Assembly (NCBI RefSeq): GCF_006345805.1
Contig: NC_042999.1
Location: 147,498,001 to 147,562,000 of the forward strand
Direction: 5' to 3'
Length of the DNA: 64,000 bases
Source: Octopus sinensis
Taxonomy: Eukaryota
A program made the position numbers and the translations under genes. Positions 27,965 through 40,453 of this stretch are shown one piece after another. Numbering within the stretch: position 1 is the stretch's first letter; every line of letters starts with the position of its first letter. The notes under the pieces were generated by a model. It saw nothing but the letters and a program-made list of their open reading frames with translations. It did not search any database and had not been told where the DNA came from.

Positions 27965-28185
27965 AATTTATAGGACATTTATAAAGAGAAAGGTGGCCTT
28001 ACACCTGTTTCTGGATATTAGGAATATCCCTTTAGCAGAGACGATATGAGAGAGTCAACCAGAGAGAAATAGTAGAGTTCAATATATTTCCCTCTAAATA
28101 AATCTCTCATATTCTCTGATGAAGGGATATTTCAGAAAAAAAACTGTAATACTACCTTTCTCTTTATAGATGTGCTATAGACTCC
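27965..28185. mobile_element. Degenerate inverted-repeat element with HHR remnants (Penelope-like)
   Basis: 27967-28040 is an imperfect reverse complement of 28113-28180. One arm has CTGATGAAGGGATAT; the other has GGATATT/AATATCC-AGAAACAGGTGTA. Confidence 0.5.
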
Positions 28186-28366
28186 ATACATCCTTAGTTT
28201 TGTTGTCTCATTTTATTTAACATATACACGCTCACACAAGACCCGTATTAGACTCCTCATTCGTATCATTGTCGAGCATGGAGTCTAACGACGGTCCTCC
28301 CGTGGTGCTTACATAGACTTACCTGCCATCTTGGGTCTTCTGGATACCAATACCTTTCGTACATAC

Positions 28367-28402
<36 letters not shown>

Positions 28403-28639
28403 CTTTTAAGACCCTGTGTCGTAGCTTTAAGGCTTGACCCTGGGAAACATTGTTGATGTGACAGCTGGAGGTAGAGTTGGCTCCAGTGGCACTCTTTTGT
28501 ACACAAGTTCTGTTACGCAAACTGGAGCTAAGTAGAAAGAACTGATTTGATCAAGGAACATCTCTGACCTGACCAGAAAGTATAGCACTACATTATGATC
28601 GTGAAACCAACACACTTACCATTGGACCACGTGCTTTCC

Positions 28640-29690
28640 ATATACTGGGTCACTCACAAACACACATGCACACACACGCACGTGTACACACACGCATACA
28701 CACATACACACGCACAGACACACACACACACAGACGCGCAAACAGACATACGTCAGAAACTCATGCATTCACGAACACGCACACATACATACTACTCACG
28801 CGTACAGACACACAAACATACACACACGCGCAAACCCATACATACAGGAACACGCACACATACATACCACTCACGCGCACACACACACACAACCATACAC
28901 ACACGTCGCAAACCCATACATACAGGAACACGCACACATACACACCAGTCACGCACGCACACACAATATACATACACGTCACAAACTCATGCATACACGA
29001 AAACACACACATACATACCACTCACACACACACACACACAAACATACACACACGTCGCAAACCCATACATACAGGAACACGCACACATATATACCACTCA
29101 CGCGTACACACACACAACCATACACACACGTCGCAAACTCATGCATTCACGAACACGTACACATACACACCAGTCACGCACACACACACAATATACACAC
29201 ACGTCGCAAACTCGTGCATACACGGACACACACACATATATACCACTCACGCACACACACATACAAACAAACACACACGTCACAAACTCATGCATACACG
29301 AACACGCACACATACATACCACTCACGCACACATACACGCACAAACATACACACACGTCGCAAACCCATACATACAGGAACACGCACACATACATACCAG
29401 TCACGCACACTCACACAATATACACACACGTCACAAACTCATGCATACACGAACACACACACATATATACCAATCACGCACACACACACACAAGCATACA
29501 CACACGTCGCAAACTCATGCATACACGAACACGCACACATACATACCACTCACTCACAAACATACACACACTCACACACATACATACACACATGTCGCAC
29601 ACCCATGTATATGCGAACACGCATACATACACACATAAAACTTGCGCACATATACCACATGCGCGCGCGCATGCACGCACACATATATGG
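28640..29690. repeat. CA-rich minisatellite, about 12 units of ~72-78 bp with two variant types
   Basis: Recurrent anchors AAACTCATGCAT..CGAACAC and AAACCCATACATACAGGAACAC. Confidence 0.9.
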
Positions 29691-30433
29691 TGGATGATGT
29701 TTTGTCTGTATGACCATATCTTCCTGATTGAATTACAAAGTAAACTATTTATTGGTAGATAGTATATGGGCATGTGACCACGAGTGGATGACATGACCAG
29801 CCCTAGAAAGACAAATTCGGTTCCCAGCTCAGCATTTTAAAGGATTTTTTTATATCTCTAGAATATCCTACTTGAAATGTAAATGTGTAATGTGATTCTC
29901 TCCAAACTATACGGCCATATTCACTATAAATATTCTTCATCATTCTATATCAAAACTACCTCTGAAGTTTACATATGAATATTTTTATCACTTTTTTACG
30001 GATCAAATTTAATGGAGATTTTATGTCTTATCTTCATTTTTCAAGGGAATCTATATCAAAAACAATGCTCTCTATAGGGACAAGTATATGCAGTTCTTTC
30101 ATGTTCTGTATGGAATAAATGGCCTCTAGATAACGATTCACAGAGGGCAAGAGAAATTCTATGCTTGCAATATTTGCTAAATCTGAGATATCAACATTTT
30201 TCATACAGTTTCTACAACTTTATAGGTAAACTGAAAGATTAACACGTAGAAAAAAGATGTCTCTCTCCCTAGTTTGCATATTTTGCTTCTTTTCTCATAA
30301 AAACCTCCGCAGCTCGTAAAAAATTCTCTTAAAATGTACCTCTCCCCTCTTATTTTCTCCCTATATATATGTATGTGTGTGTGTGTGTGTGTGCGTGCAT
30401 GCGTGTGTGTGTGTATGTATGTGTGTATATCTC

Positions 30434-30481
<48 letters not shown>

Positions 30482-30540
30482 TATGCATATACATGTATAT
30501 ATTGCGTGACGATATAAATATGTGTACATATATAGCTATA

Positions 30541-30975
30541 TACTAAGTAATTAAGGGTTTAGCAACGATTTGCCTCACCATACACCGAATTTAGAAATAG
30601 TAGTCAAAGAGTTATAGCTATTCTTTCTACTAAAAGGGAGATCTCAGTAAAACCACAGCACTTGAAAGGCAAACACAAACAGGCAAGAGAGAAAGAAATG
30701 ACAGCAATCTATCATACAATTTTAAGTCACCTACGGACGTACGTTTCGAGATTAAGTTTTAGGAAAGCATAAGATATCTCCCTTTTAGTAGAAAGAATAG
30801 CTATAACTCTTTGACTGCTATTTCTAAATTCGGTGTGTGGTGAGGCAAATCGTTGCTAAACCCTTAATTACTTAGTATTACTTAAACTTTCCTCGAACGA
30901 GGCTTTACATGCCGAAATCTACTTGGTGAAATTAATTGATTATTCCAAATTAATTAGTTTTACCCTATTTTATTA
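30541..30975. mobile_element. Element with a ~100-bp near-perfect inverted repeat; related to the 559-bp tandem unit
   Basis: 30541-30641 is the reverse complement of 30776-30877. Shares CTGCTATTTCTAA and TACTTGGTGAAATT with the 26.5-kb unit. Minus-strand CGAAACGTACGTC lies in the spacer. Confidence 0.75.
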
Positions 30976-31469
30976 TTTTATATAGCTATATATGTATGAG
31001 TATGTGTGGGTATTCGTCTGAGAGTGTATGAGTGCGTGTGTGTGTATGCGTGTGAGTGTAAGCGCGCATGCGTATTTGTGTGTGTGTGTTTGTGTACTGA
31101 CGCTTACTATTTTACATATGGATCGTATAAAAATTTACAAACGCTATTCTAGGGTCGAAAAAGAAGAGACACTTAGTTGTTCCCCTTGACCGCGCTGGTG
31201 ATTGTACGTTTCAGCATCTTCGTCTTGCATCTCAATTGCGTTAATTGCGTTAATTATCTCATTAGTATGCACGAACTAATAGTTCCACATCATATTTTCA
31301 ACAACCCTAACAAGGAATCCTAAGAAAAGAAAATCTATTATAGCCGTATGTCACACATAATATCAACGTTTATAGCGCGAATTAATCCGATCAATATTGT
31401 ATATCTAACATTCTGAACTATCCACTTATAAATACATACAACCGATATAGGAATATTACGATAAACGTC

Positions 31470-31766
31470 GCTCTTTTCAAGCCTAGCCAGGCTCATGGGC
31501 CTGGTTTCCCGGTTTCTGTAGCGTATGTGTTCCCCCCCCCCTGTCCATCGCAGCGTCAATCAAGAAACAGGAAGTGAGAATGAGAGAAACTTGTGGCGAA
31601 AAAGTACAACAGAGTCGCCACCCCCACCCCACCCCCTGCCGGAGGCTCGTGGAGATTTTAGGTGTTCTCGCTCAATAAACACACACAACGCCCGGTCTGG
31701 GAATCGAAACCGCGCTCTTTCGACCGCGAGTCCGCTGCCCTAATCACTGGGCAATTGCGCCTCCAC
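31470..31766 (-). mobile_element. tRNA-derived SINE family C
   Basis: Reverse complement of the 62232 and 37273 heads (GGTTTCGATTCCCAGACCGGG). Confidence 0.8.
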
Positions 31767-31946
31767 ATAACGATATTAACAAAATCTTATTTAGAAATGC
31801 AGTCGGCAACAATACTACAGGTACATACAGGATCAAGGGCAATCTGTTGTATTTTAGCTAATTATAGATTGCTTTTTCTTGTTCTACATATCTCCATTTA
31901 AATATTAGTTATATTCAAAATATTCTTAAGATATCGCTAAAATATA

Positions 31947-32090
31947 GGCGTAAGAGTGGATGTGTAGTAAGTAGATTGCTTACCAACCACATGGTTCTGG
32001 ATTCAGTCACACTGAGTGGCACCTTGGGCAAGTGTCTTAAAGCTTCATGAGTGGATTTGGTAAACGGAAACTGTAAGAAGCCCGTCGTAT
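31947..32090 (+). mobile_element. SINE family B, 5' part
   Basis: Homology to the copy at 12134. Confidence 0.7.
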
Positions 32091-32399
32091 ATTTGTATAT
32101 ATATATATATACAAACTATGGGGACACTTATTGATCAGACCTCAAATATATAGACACGTATGGATATATACACGCATACATACACACGTATTCATACACG
32201 TATATATATATATATATATACACGTATATATACGTATATATATGTGCGTGTGTGTGTGTGTGTGTGTGTATATGTATATATACATACGTAGATAATAGAT
32301 ATACACGAATATATATATATATATATATACGAGTGTATGTATATATATATATATACATACACACGTATATATATAGCTGTATATATGCACACACATATA

Positions 32400-33346
32400 C
32401 ATATATATATATATATATTTGTGTATATCTATTATCTATGTATGTATATATATGCATATATATATATACACACACATATATGAATATACACATATCTATA
32501 TATATGTATGCATATATATATGGCAGTGTTGGTTGGTTGCGTGAGTGCGTGTGTATATATATGTATGCATATATGTATATAGCCATCGTTGTATTATTGT
32601 TTGTTTAGCATTATATTCTATATAGATCTGTTTGTTGTATTGCTTGTTAAGCGTAAAAAGGGTAGCTTATTTCTTGCACCACAATTCAGCATACTCCAAG
32701 AGTGCAATGATAAAGCAACAAAACATAGAATTCTGATCTGTCTTATACCGAAACGTTCTGATGTTTTATAAATTCCTGTGGCAATTGATCATGAAAAGTA
32801 TTCGCCACATTAGGCCAAGCGCATGGATTTATTGATGGACGTATTTATATCAAGTGAATTCCAGCTTTTCGCTTCATAATATTTGCCATCTGAGTGACGA
32901 GAGCATAGAGAGAATTGGATTCAATGAATCGAAAATGCTGTGATGTGGATATCCATGTGATATCAACATGAGAACGGATAACGTGGCTACAGCTGAATAT
33001 CGTAATATTACTAAAATAATGAATATATATATGTATGTATATATGCATATATATAAATATGCATATATGTATAGGTGTGTATGTATATATATGTGTATAT
33101 AAACATATACATATATATATATAGATACACACATGCTTACACACGTATATACATATGCTTATACACTTACATATATATGTGTGTGTGTTTGTGTATGTGT
33201 GTGTTTTTCTATATAGCCATATGTTTATATATATGTACATATACATGTATATATATCAATGGGCTGAAACATAAAAGAATAAAAGAATACATATAATATA
33301 TATATATATATTATATATATATATATTATATATATATATATAATAT

Positions 33347-33379
<33 letters not shown>

Positions 33380-33401
33380 ATATATTTATATATAAATATC
33401 T

Positions 33402-33466
<65 letters not shown>

Positions 33467-33468
33467 TG

Positions 33469-33503
<35 letters not shown>

Positions 33504-34387
33504 TGTATATCTATTATCTATGTATGTATATATATGCATATATATATATACACACACATATATGAATATACACATATCTATATATATGTATGCATATATA
33601 TATGGCAGTGTTGGTTGGTTGCGTGAGTGCGTGTGTATATATATGTATGCATATATGTATATAGCCATCGTTGTATTATTGTTTGTTTAGCATTATATTC
33701 TATATAGATCTGTTTGTTGTATTGCTTGTTAAGCGTAAAAAGGGTAGCTTATTTCTTGCACCACAATTCAGCATACTCCAAGAGTGCAATGATAAAGCAA
33801 CAAAACATAGAATTCTGATCTGTCTTATACCGAAACGTTCTGATGTTTTATAAATTCCTGTGGCAATTGATCATGAAAAGTATTCGCCACATTAGGCCAA
33901 GCGCATGGATTTATTGATGGACGTATTTATATCAAGTGAATTCCAGCTTTTCGCTTCATAATATTTGCCATCTGAGTGACGAGAGCATAGAGAGAATTGG
34001 ATTCAATGAATCGAAAATGCTGTGATGTGGATATCCATGTGATATCAACATGAGAACGGATAACGTGGCTACAGCTGAATATCGTAATATTACTAAAATA
34101 ATGAATATATATATATGTATGTATATATGCATATATATAAATATGCATATATGTATAGATGTGTATGTATATATATGTGTATATAAACATATACATATAT
34201 ATATATAGATACACACATGCTTACACACGTATATACATATGCTTATACACTTACATATATATGTGTGTGTGTTTGTGTATGTGTGTGTTTTTCTATATAG
34301 CCATATGTTTATATATATGTACATATACATGTATATATATCAATGGGCTGAAACATAAAAGAATAAAAGAATACATATAATATATAT

Positions 34388-34467
<80 letters not shown>

Positions 34468-34503
34468 ATATATTTATATATAAATATCTATATATATATA
34501 TAA

Positions 34504-34550
<47 letters not shown>

Positions 34551-34562
34551 TGTATATATATG

Positions 34563-34575
<13 letters not shown>
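32400..34575. repeat. ~1082-bp tandem duplication (2 copies) bounded by (TA)n
   Basis: The block at 32419 recurs at 33501; identical ORF translations at 32589 and 33671. Confidence 0.95.
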
Positions 34576-34593
<18 letters not shown>

Positions 34594-35608
34594 AGAAACT
34601 TTCGTACACGTATGGGTAAATGTACATTTTTGCGAGTGTATCATTTTGCCAGTCTGTGAATATATATGTGAGAGTCTTCTAGAACCTTGAAGATTTGTGT
34701 ATATATATATATATATATATATATAGACAATCACATACACATTTGTCGATATACATGACTGTATGTATGTTTGTATTACCGTGTGTGTGTTTGGCTTGTG
34801 TTTGTGCGTGTGAGTGTGTGTGTAGAAATAAATATACGTTACTATATCCATGTATATGTACATGCATCATCCACTTGTACATTCTGTGGCGATACTCTTC
34901 TCAATTGTCGAGAGACTGCGTATGTAGCACCGGAGCGTAGATGATGTAAAAATATTAAAGTTTCCCTCATACAAACGTATTCTGTTGAACAAAATCTATG
35001 CTATATTTTGTTCTGATTATTATAGTAGATATCGCCACTTTGTAATTGTTAACTGGTCTGTAATGCTCCATTTTTGCTTTTTTCCCCTTTTCGTTTGTTT
35101 GTCATATAGCATTTCCCCTTTGTATTTCCGATTCTATATCACAGGATATGATAAAATCAATACGTATAACTCTAACCACCGGGTTAGAAATAATCTATCA
35201 AATATGACTACATGTCCTCTGTTGAAACTTTGTCATATTCCGAGTTCATCTCTGGCGTTTATTATCAGCATGATTATCAGCAGGGTCTGTTGGATCGGAC
35301 CTCGCTCTAACTAGCGAAATTGCAACGCGAAAAACACTGCTTTCGATCAATTTGTGTTAATGCTAGAACATTACAAAGCAAAAAAAATCGAGTATCAAAT
35401 ATATAGCTAAAAGGGATGGAATCGGAAGTAATAATAAGAAGCATAATGCAGATATAGTTATCAAACTTGGATGTATTTTGAACAAAAATTTTTCTTTCAT
35501 TAAATCTGTTCAACTTATCATACTTCGAAACGTTGATTTCAAGTCTTGTTCTTAGAAAACTCTTATCACAAAATATTCCTTAAATTGAATTAAAATTTGA
35601 GTAATATA

Positions 35609-36838
35609 TTGGATGATACCATAAATAATGCGGTTTCTTCAACCGCATTGACTAAAAGTCGTACGGAACGGGATAAACTATCTGCATCAGCTTGCTATAA
35701 AAGCAGGTTTTAATTTTACCTTGTATTTCTTCTTAGTTTTAAAGAGTGCAGTTCGATTGCAACAGTTTCTTTTTTTTTTTCAAAGCTATAATGGAAGTGA
35801 CAAAGGAGCATATTCGGCATATTTTGCTTTATGAGTTCATTACAGGCATCAACGCAACGGAAAGTGCGAGGAATATTAATGCAGTATATAGGGTTAGGAC
35901 AATAAGTATAAGCCAATGTCAACAGTGATTCCAGAAATTTCGAGCCGGAATCTATAGCCTAGACGACGTGTCTCGTCCTGGAAGATATGCAGAGCTCGAC
36001 GAGGACGTCCTGCAAGCCCTGGTGGTACAAAATCTCATCGGAACTTGAGGGACTAGCAGAGAAGCTTCGACTTGCTCATTCAACCATTCATCGACGCCGG
36101 CGTGCCATCGGAAAAATCAGTAAACTGGGTCAATTGGCTCCTCACAAAATTTCATTGTTTAATTGGGTGTAGAAAGTGAATGTGTTCTCTTCATTAGTGT
36201 CACGTCTCACGAATGAAACATTTTGGACCGAATAGTGACTGGTGACGAGAAATGGGTTCTCTATAAAAATGTCAAACGCCGAAGACTGTGGTTAGGGAAA
36301 GGGAAAAAAAACCGGCACCCTAGGCTAAAGAAGGTCTTCACCCACGTAAGGTGTTGTTATTTGTTTGGTGGGATGTGAAAAGATTAGTACATTTTCAACT
36401 TTTAACCCAACCAAACAATAACAAATGGAATCTAATGCGAGAATCTTGAACGACTTAAGTCAGCGCTAGAAGAAAAGCGACCATCTTTAGTTTCAAGATG
36501 AAAGTTGTTCTTTGGTCAGGATAATGCTCGGCCATATCGGGCGAGGATGACATTCTAAAAGATGGAGCAGTTTGATTGGGAAATGATAGCCCGCCCATTT
36601 TCGCCGGACATTGCTCCGTCTGATTACCATTTATTCAGCAGTCTTCAAAATCATTTGGACAGAAAAAATATGACTTCTCTAAAAACGTCAGAACAGTACT
36701 GGAGGAGTATTTTTCGTCATGGACAAGTGAATTTGAGAGATAGATGGAAGAACGTTGTAGAAAATGTAAAAAGAACTTTATCTTGATTTTGAAAAGTAAA
36801 AGTATTAAAAAAACTGTATTATTTATGGGATGGCCCAA
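35609..36838 (+). mobile_element. Full-length decayed mariner transposon (DD34D type)
   Basis: Imperfect ~28-bp TIRs (TTGGATGATACCATAAATAATGCGGTTT / AAACTGTATTATTTATGGGATGGCCCAA), TA on the left, total 1.23 kb. Confidence 0.92.
35791..36790 (+). pseudogene. Mariner transposase pseudogene
   Basis: MEVTKEHIRHILLYEF..., IVTGDEKWVLY, QDNARPY and FSPDIAPSDYHLF, with multiple stops and frameshifts. Confidence 0.92.
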
Positions 36839-37272
36839 ACTTCATATTTGATCTGAACCAGTGCGTTGAAACAAAAGCAATTACAGCAGGTAATTGTACA
36901 GGTATTAGCAATTACAGGTATTAGGCATTCTAAAACACACAAAAGCTGTCCACTTCACGCAACAATTTATTGTTTCGAGTTAAAATTCTTGTCGCACTGA
37001 CAGTGAATAGGCTTCTAAAAGAGTCTTACTGCAACAAGTAAGTGATGAGATTTTTACCCAGTATATACTGGCTTCAATATAATTAAATATGAAAATCCAA
37101 GAATGTAAAAAGGATAAGAGTCACTACAGAATCTGTTTTGTTGCAGGATCTAGATCCATCGGCCTATCAAAAACAAATTCTATTTTATATCAATCTAATA
37201 TCTTAAGCAAAGTTGATTCAGCAAGAGAATTCTTTAAGAAAACAGGTTTTTATTCTTGTGTCGTTAACTATG

Positions 37273-37525
37273 TGGAGGCGCGTGGCTTAGTACTTAGGGT
37301 GTCAGCGCCATGATCGTAAGATTGTGGTTTCGATTCCTGAACCGGGTGACGTGTTGTCTTCATGAGAAAAACACCTCATTTCACGTTGCTCCAGTCCACT
37401 CAGCTGGCAAAAATGAGTCACGCTGCGATGGACTGGCGTCGCGTCCAGCTGGGGAACACATACGCCATAGAAACCGGGAAACTGGGCCCATGAGCCTGGA
37501 TAGGCTTTAAAAGGGCGCATGCATG
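37273..37525 (+). mobile_element. tRNA-derived SINE family C-related
   Basis: TGGCTTAGT A-box and GGTTTCGATTCC B-box; tail shared with the copy at 31470. Confidence 0.8.
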
Positions 37526-38838
37526 TAATGTTGTTAACTATGTTCGCATCTGCTTTGTTCTCTTTTGGGTACCAATAGTTGTCTCTCATCACATTTGCAC
37601 TCAACCAACGCAGGAATTTTTTCCACTTGTTTATGTCTTACTGGTAGCATTCTCTTTGGTCTTCACTAACAGCTTATAAATTGTTAGGACGATAGTCAAC
37701 ATAGATTTTAAAAACTGCTCTTTAAAACTTACATCAGGTCGCAAATTGCTACTTGAAAAGTAGTAAATTATTACTGAAAACTTCATAATGTTTTGTTATT
37801 TTTTTCAAGAGCCCCTAAAACTTTTTCATATATTGATTTTAATCTCCAAAATGCCTAGTAGATACTATTTCAATTTAAATAAATAGAATGGCTCGAAACC
37901 AAAGAATATTAACTTCAATAATTCACTTGAAATGCAAAAAATAAGTAATTTTGTTATTGTCACTTTATGTGATTAGCGACTAAAAATGGTGCGTTAAACA
38001 AAAAATGATACCATATTTGGAATCAACGCTAGAGAACTAGCCTAAAACTTTCATCATCTTAAAAATTGGCAAAATTATTGTTGTGAATATGTTTTTTCAA
38101 AAAAGCATAAAATTTCTCACTTAGGCACGTTTGGGGAAGGGAGTACCATTGAAATCTAGATTTGTTTAGGAACGGCACTGTAGCCTGTCGCACCTAGAAT
38201 AATGAAAGACGCTGTCATTGATGGTGATGCTTGAAATACGGGTGTAAAAGGACGTAAAACGTAATTCTTCTACGGAAGGAGATTCCATATGCGTTCTCCA
38301 CTTTCCTTCTATCCAAATCCATTCAAGAAAATTCGAGAAAATTCTCTTTGGAAACCTGTTTACCGTGTCCTAGGATGACAATGTCTTCCACTATTCCACT
38401 ATGGACCAATCACAATCACTTCAAACAAGATGAAAATGTCTCTGGCTATCACCTTCTCGGACATCTAGCATATTTTTTTTAATCAGGTTTATATGGTTTC
38501 ATTTCCAAAACATTACTTTGCGGCGGTCTCTTTCTCTTGAAAACTTGGTTTCACTAAATAATTTGACAGTGTTATCTTTATAATGTCCATTAATGGTTTT
38601 GCTGCTATTTTTAACAACGATCGCTTCTCCGGATATGGTATAATCCTTCCCGTGTAACGACAGAATATGCTAATCATTTAAAATCCAATCACTTGACAAA
38701 ACAATATTTCCTCTAAAACATTCTAAAAGCAATCGTGTTTCTTTCAACAGTGTAAAGATCGAAATATCACAGTTCATATGAAAGAAATAGTAATGTAACT
38801 CAGACTTTCCAGTCTTATGCAGCACACAGATAAAAATG

Positions 38839-39000
38839 TGTTGTGTGGACGCCCCCAGACGATGAAGTAGCCTAGCCCAATACGTAGATATAGAGGGAGA
38901 AGCCTAGACGTCGAGGTCAGAGAGCAGAGTTGAGTAGCAGTCAGACTACAACAGAGTAGTAGAGTTGAGTAGTAGAGGCATCCGAACGTCCGACATAACA
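38839..39000. mobile_element. Very short solo-LTR-like insertion (162 bp)
   Basis: TG...CA ends with imperfect inverted termini TGTTGTGTGGAC / GTCCGACATAACA. 5-bp flanks AAATG / AAACG. Confidence 0.55.
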
Positions 39001-39049
39001 AAACGGCATAATTGCAAACAAAGCCACATGGTATTCTGGTCACCTGCTG

Positions 39050-39520
39050 ATAATAACATAACCAATTGCAGTTTTGAAACTAGCTGTCATCACCATGGCC
39101 AAGGACCTGATATCTGGTTCTTTAGAAAGCATGTCAACAACGGATGCTGTTTTCCCAATGTCAAGCTTTATTTTCATAAATAAAAACATTTAACTTTCAA
39201 AGAGTTACGCGTGTGCTCTAGCATATTTCTGGGGTCAATTATTGCCGAAACTTCAATAAATATTTCCTTACACCGATTATTGTCTGGTACTCCTCCGTCC
39301 ACGCTTTTAACAAAACCGTCTGTTAAGAGGATTTCAAGATTAATATTGACTGTCTTTTCTTTGTGCGTCTGAAAGTCATTAAAAATCTACGGAAAAATCG
39401 AAGGAATATACGCGTTATTGTTTATTTGCTGAAAGAAGCAATCTTTGTCCGCTTGTTCACATTGTTGGTTGGCTGATGTATGTGTGATTGAAGAAAACAC
39501 GCTTCTAATTCCCCGAATGT
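39050..39520 (-). other. Coding-like segment: decayed Zator-like transposase or a host exon (about 39271-39385)
   Basis: Open frame IFNDFQTHKEKTVNINLEILLTDGFVKSVDGGVPDNNRCKEIFIEVSAI resembles the Zator VDGGPDENPR motif. It also has a polypyrimidine-TAG acceptor and a GTAAGG donor. Confidence 0.3.
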
Positions 39521-40310
39521 TGTTATCTTGTCACAGATTGTTTTTAACATAGGAATGCTTAGTTTGTCAGTAAATATAGTTTTATTTGCATTTGCTATTT
39601 AGAAACTTAAAATAGATATGATTTCAGATACCAGGACACCTGCTTGCAATCTTTACTTTCATTCGAGAGATTACTATCCATTTTAATCTAGAGTTTTTCG
39701 TCCGTTTTCTTTGCCAACATTGATTAAATGATTAACGCCATGTGAAACAATAGTTTATCACTGACTACAAAACTTTGCAGAGAAATAAAGTTCGATTGAA
39801 ATGTTAGAATGAGAATAGCAAACACAATAAAAGACATCTTCGTAATAAAACTGATGTCTCAAGATAGACATTCTGATCTATGTAGTGAAAAGCACAAAAC
39901 TAATACTGGAATTTATTATTACATGGATATTTACGATATTTGTTTTGTATATTTTTTAAATATCAAACTGAGACCTGCTTCAACACATTGGAACTTAGAT
40001 GTCAAGTGTTATGACTGAAAGTTTTCTATCATAATATATCTACCATACGCAGGATATAAATGAAGATTAAGAAAAGACAAATCATGGGTGAGTTTTTATT
40101 CAATTAAAACAACTTTTCATAGGCATGTTCCAAAATACATATCGATTCAGGCCTCCTTCTGGAAAATCTGTTAGAAATAATCTTTCTCTCTTTTCTTTAA
40201 TGCAATTCAACTAAAAGATAATGAATGTTTCATTAGCCTACGATATTGAATAAATTATTAATTTATAGTAAAAGCTGCTGGAATTTATATTAATACCGTA
40301 AGGATTAACA

Positions 40311-40453
40311 AAGGCGGGTTTTCTTGTTCTAAATGACGTCATCGTCGTGGTCCATTGGTAAAATATTAAGAAACCTTCAAAAATATATATCGCATTAAAT
40401 ATTTTTCGTTACCATGACAATGCCCTTCACGACCATTATATTCTATTTCCCGC
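40311..40453. promoter_or_regulatory. Candidate promoter or enhancer motif cluster
   Basis: GGCGGG at 40313, CRE TGACGTCA at 40334-40341, ATTGG at 40354, X-box-like GTTACCATGACAAT at 40408-40421 and E2F-type TTTCCCGC at 40446-40453, all in microsatellite-free DNA. Confidence 0.35.

Noticed and set aside
28750-29620. CRISPR-like repeat-spacer appearance
   Set aside because: Spacers are variants of the same CA-rich sequence, the context is eukaryotic, and there are no cas genes.
28595-29762. Long His/Thr-rich ORFs (347, 343 and 257 aa)
   Set aside because: All three frames are open only because the CA-rich minisatellite lacks stop codons.
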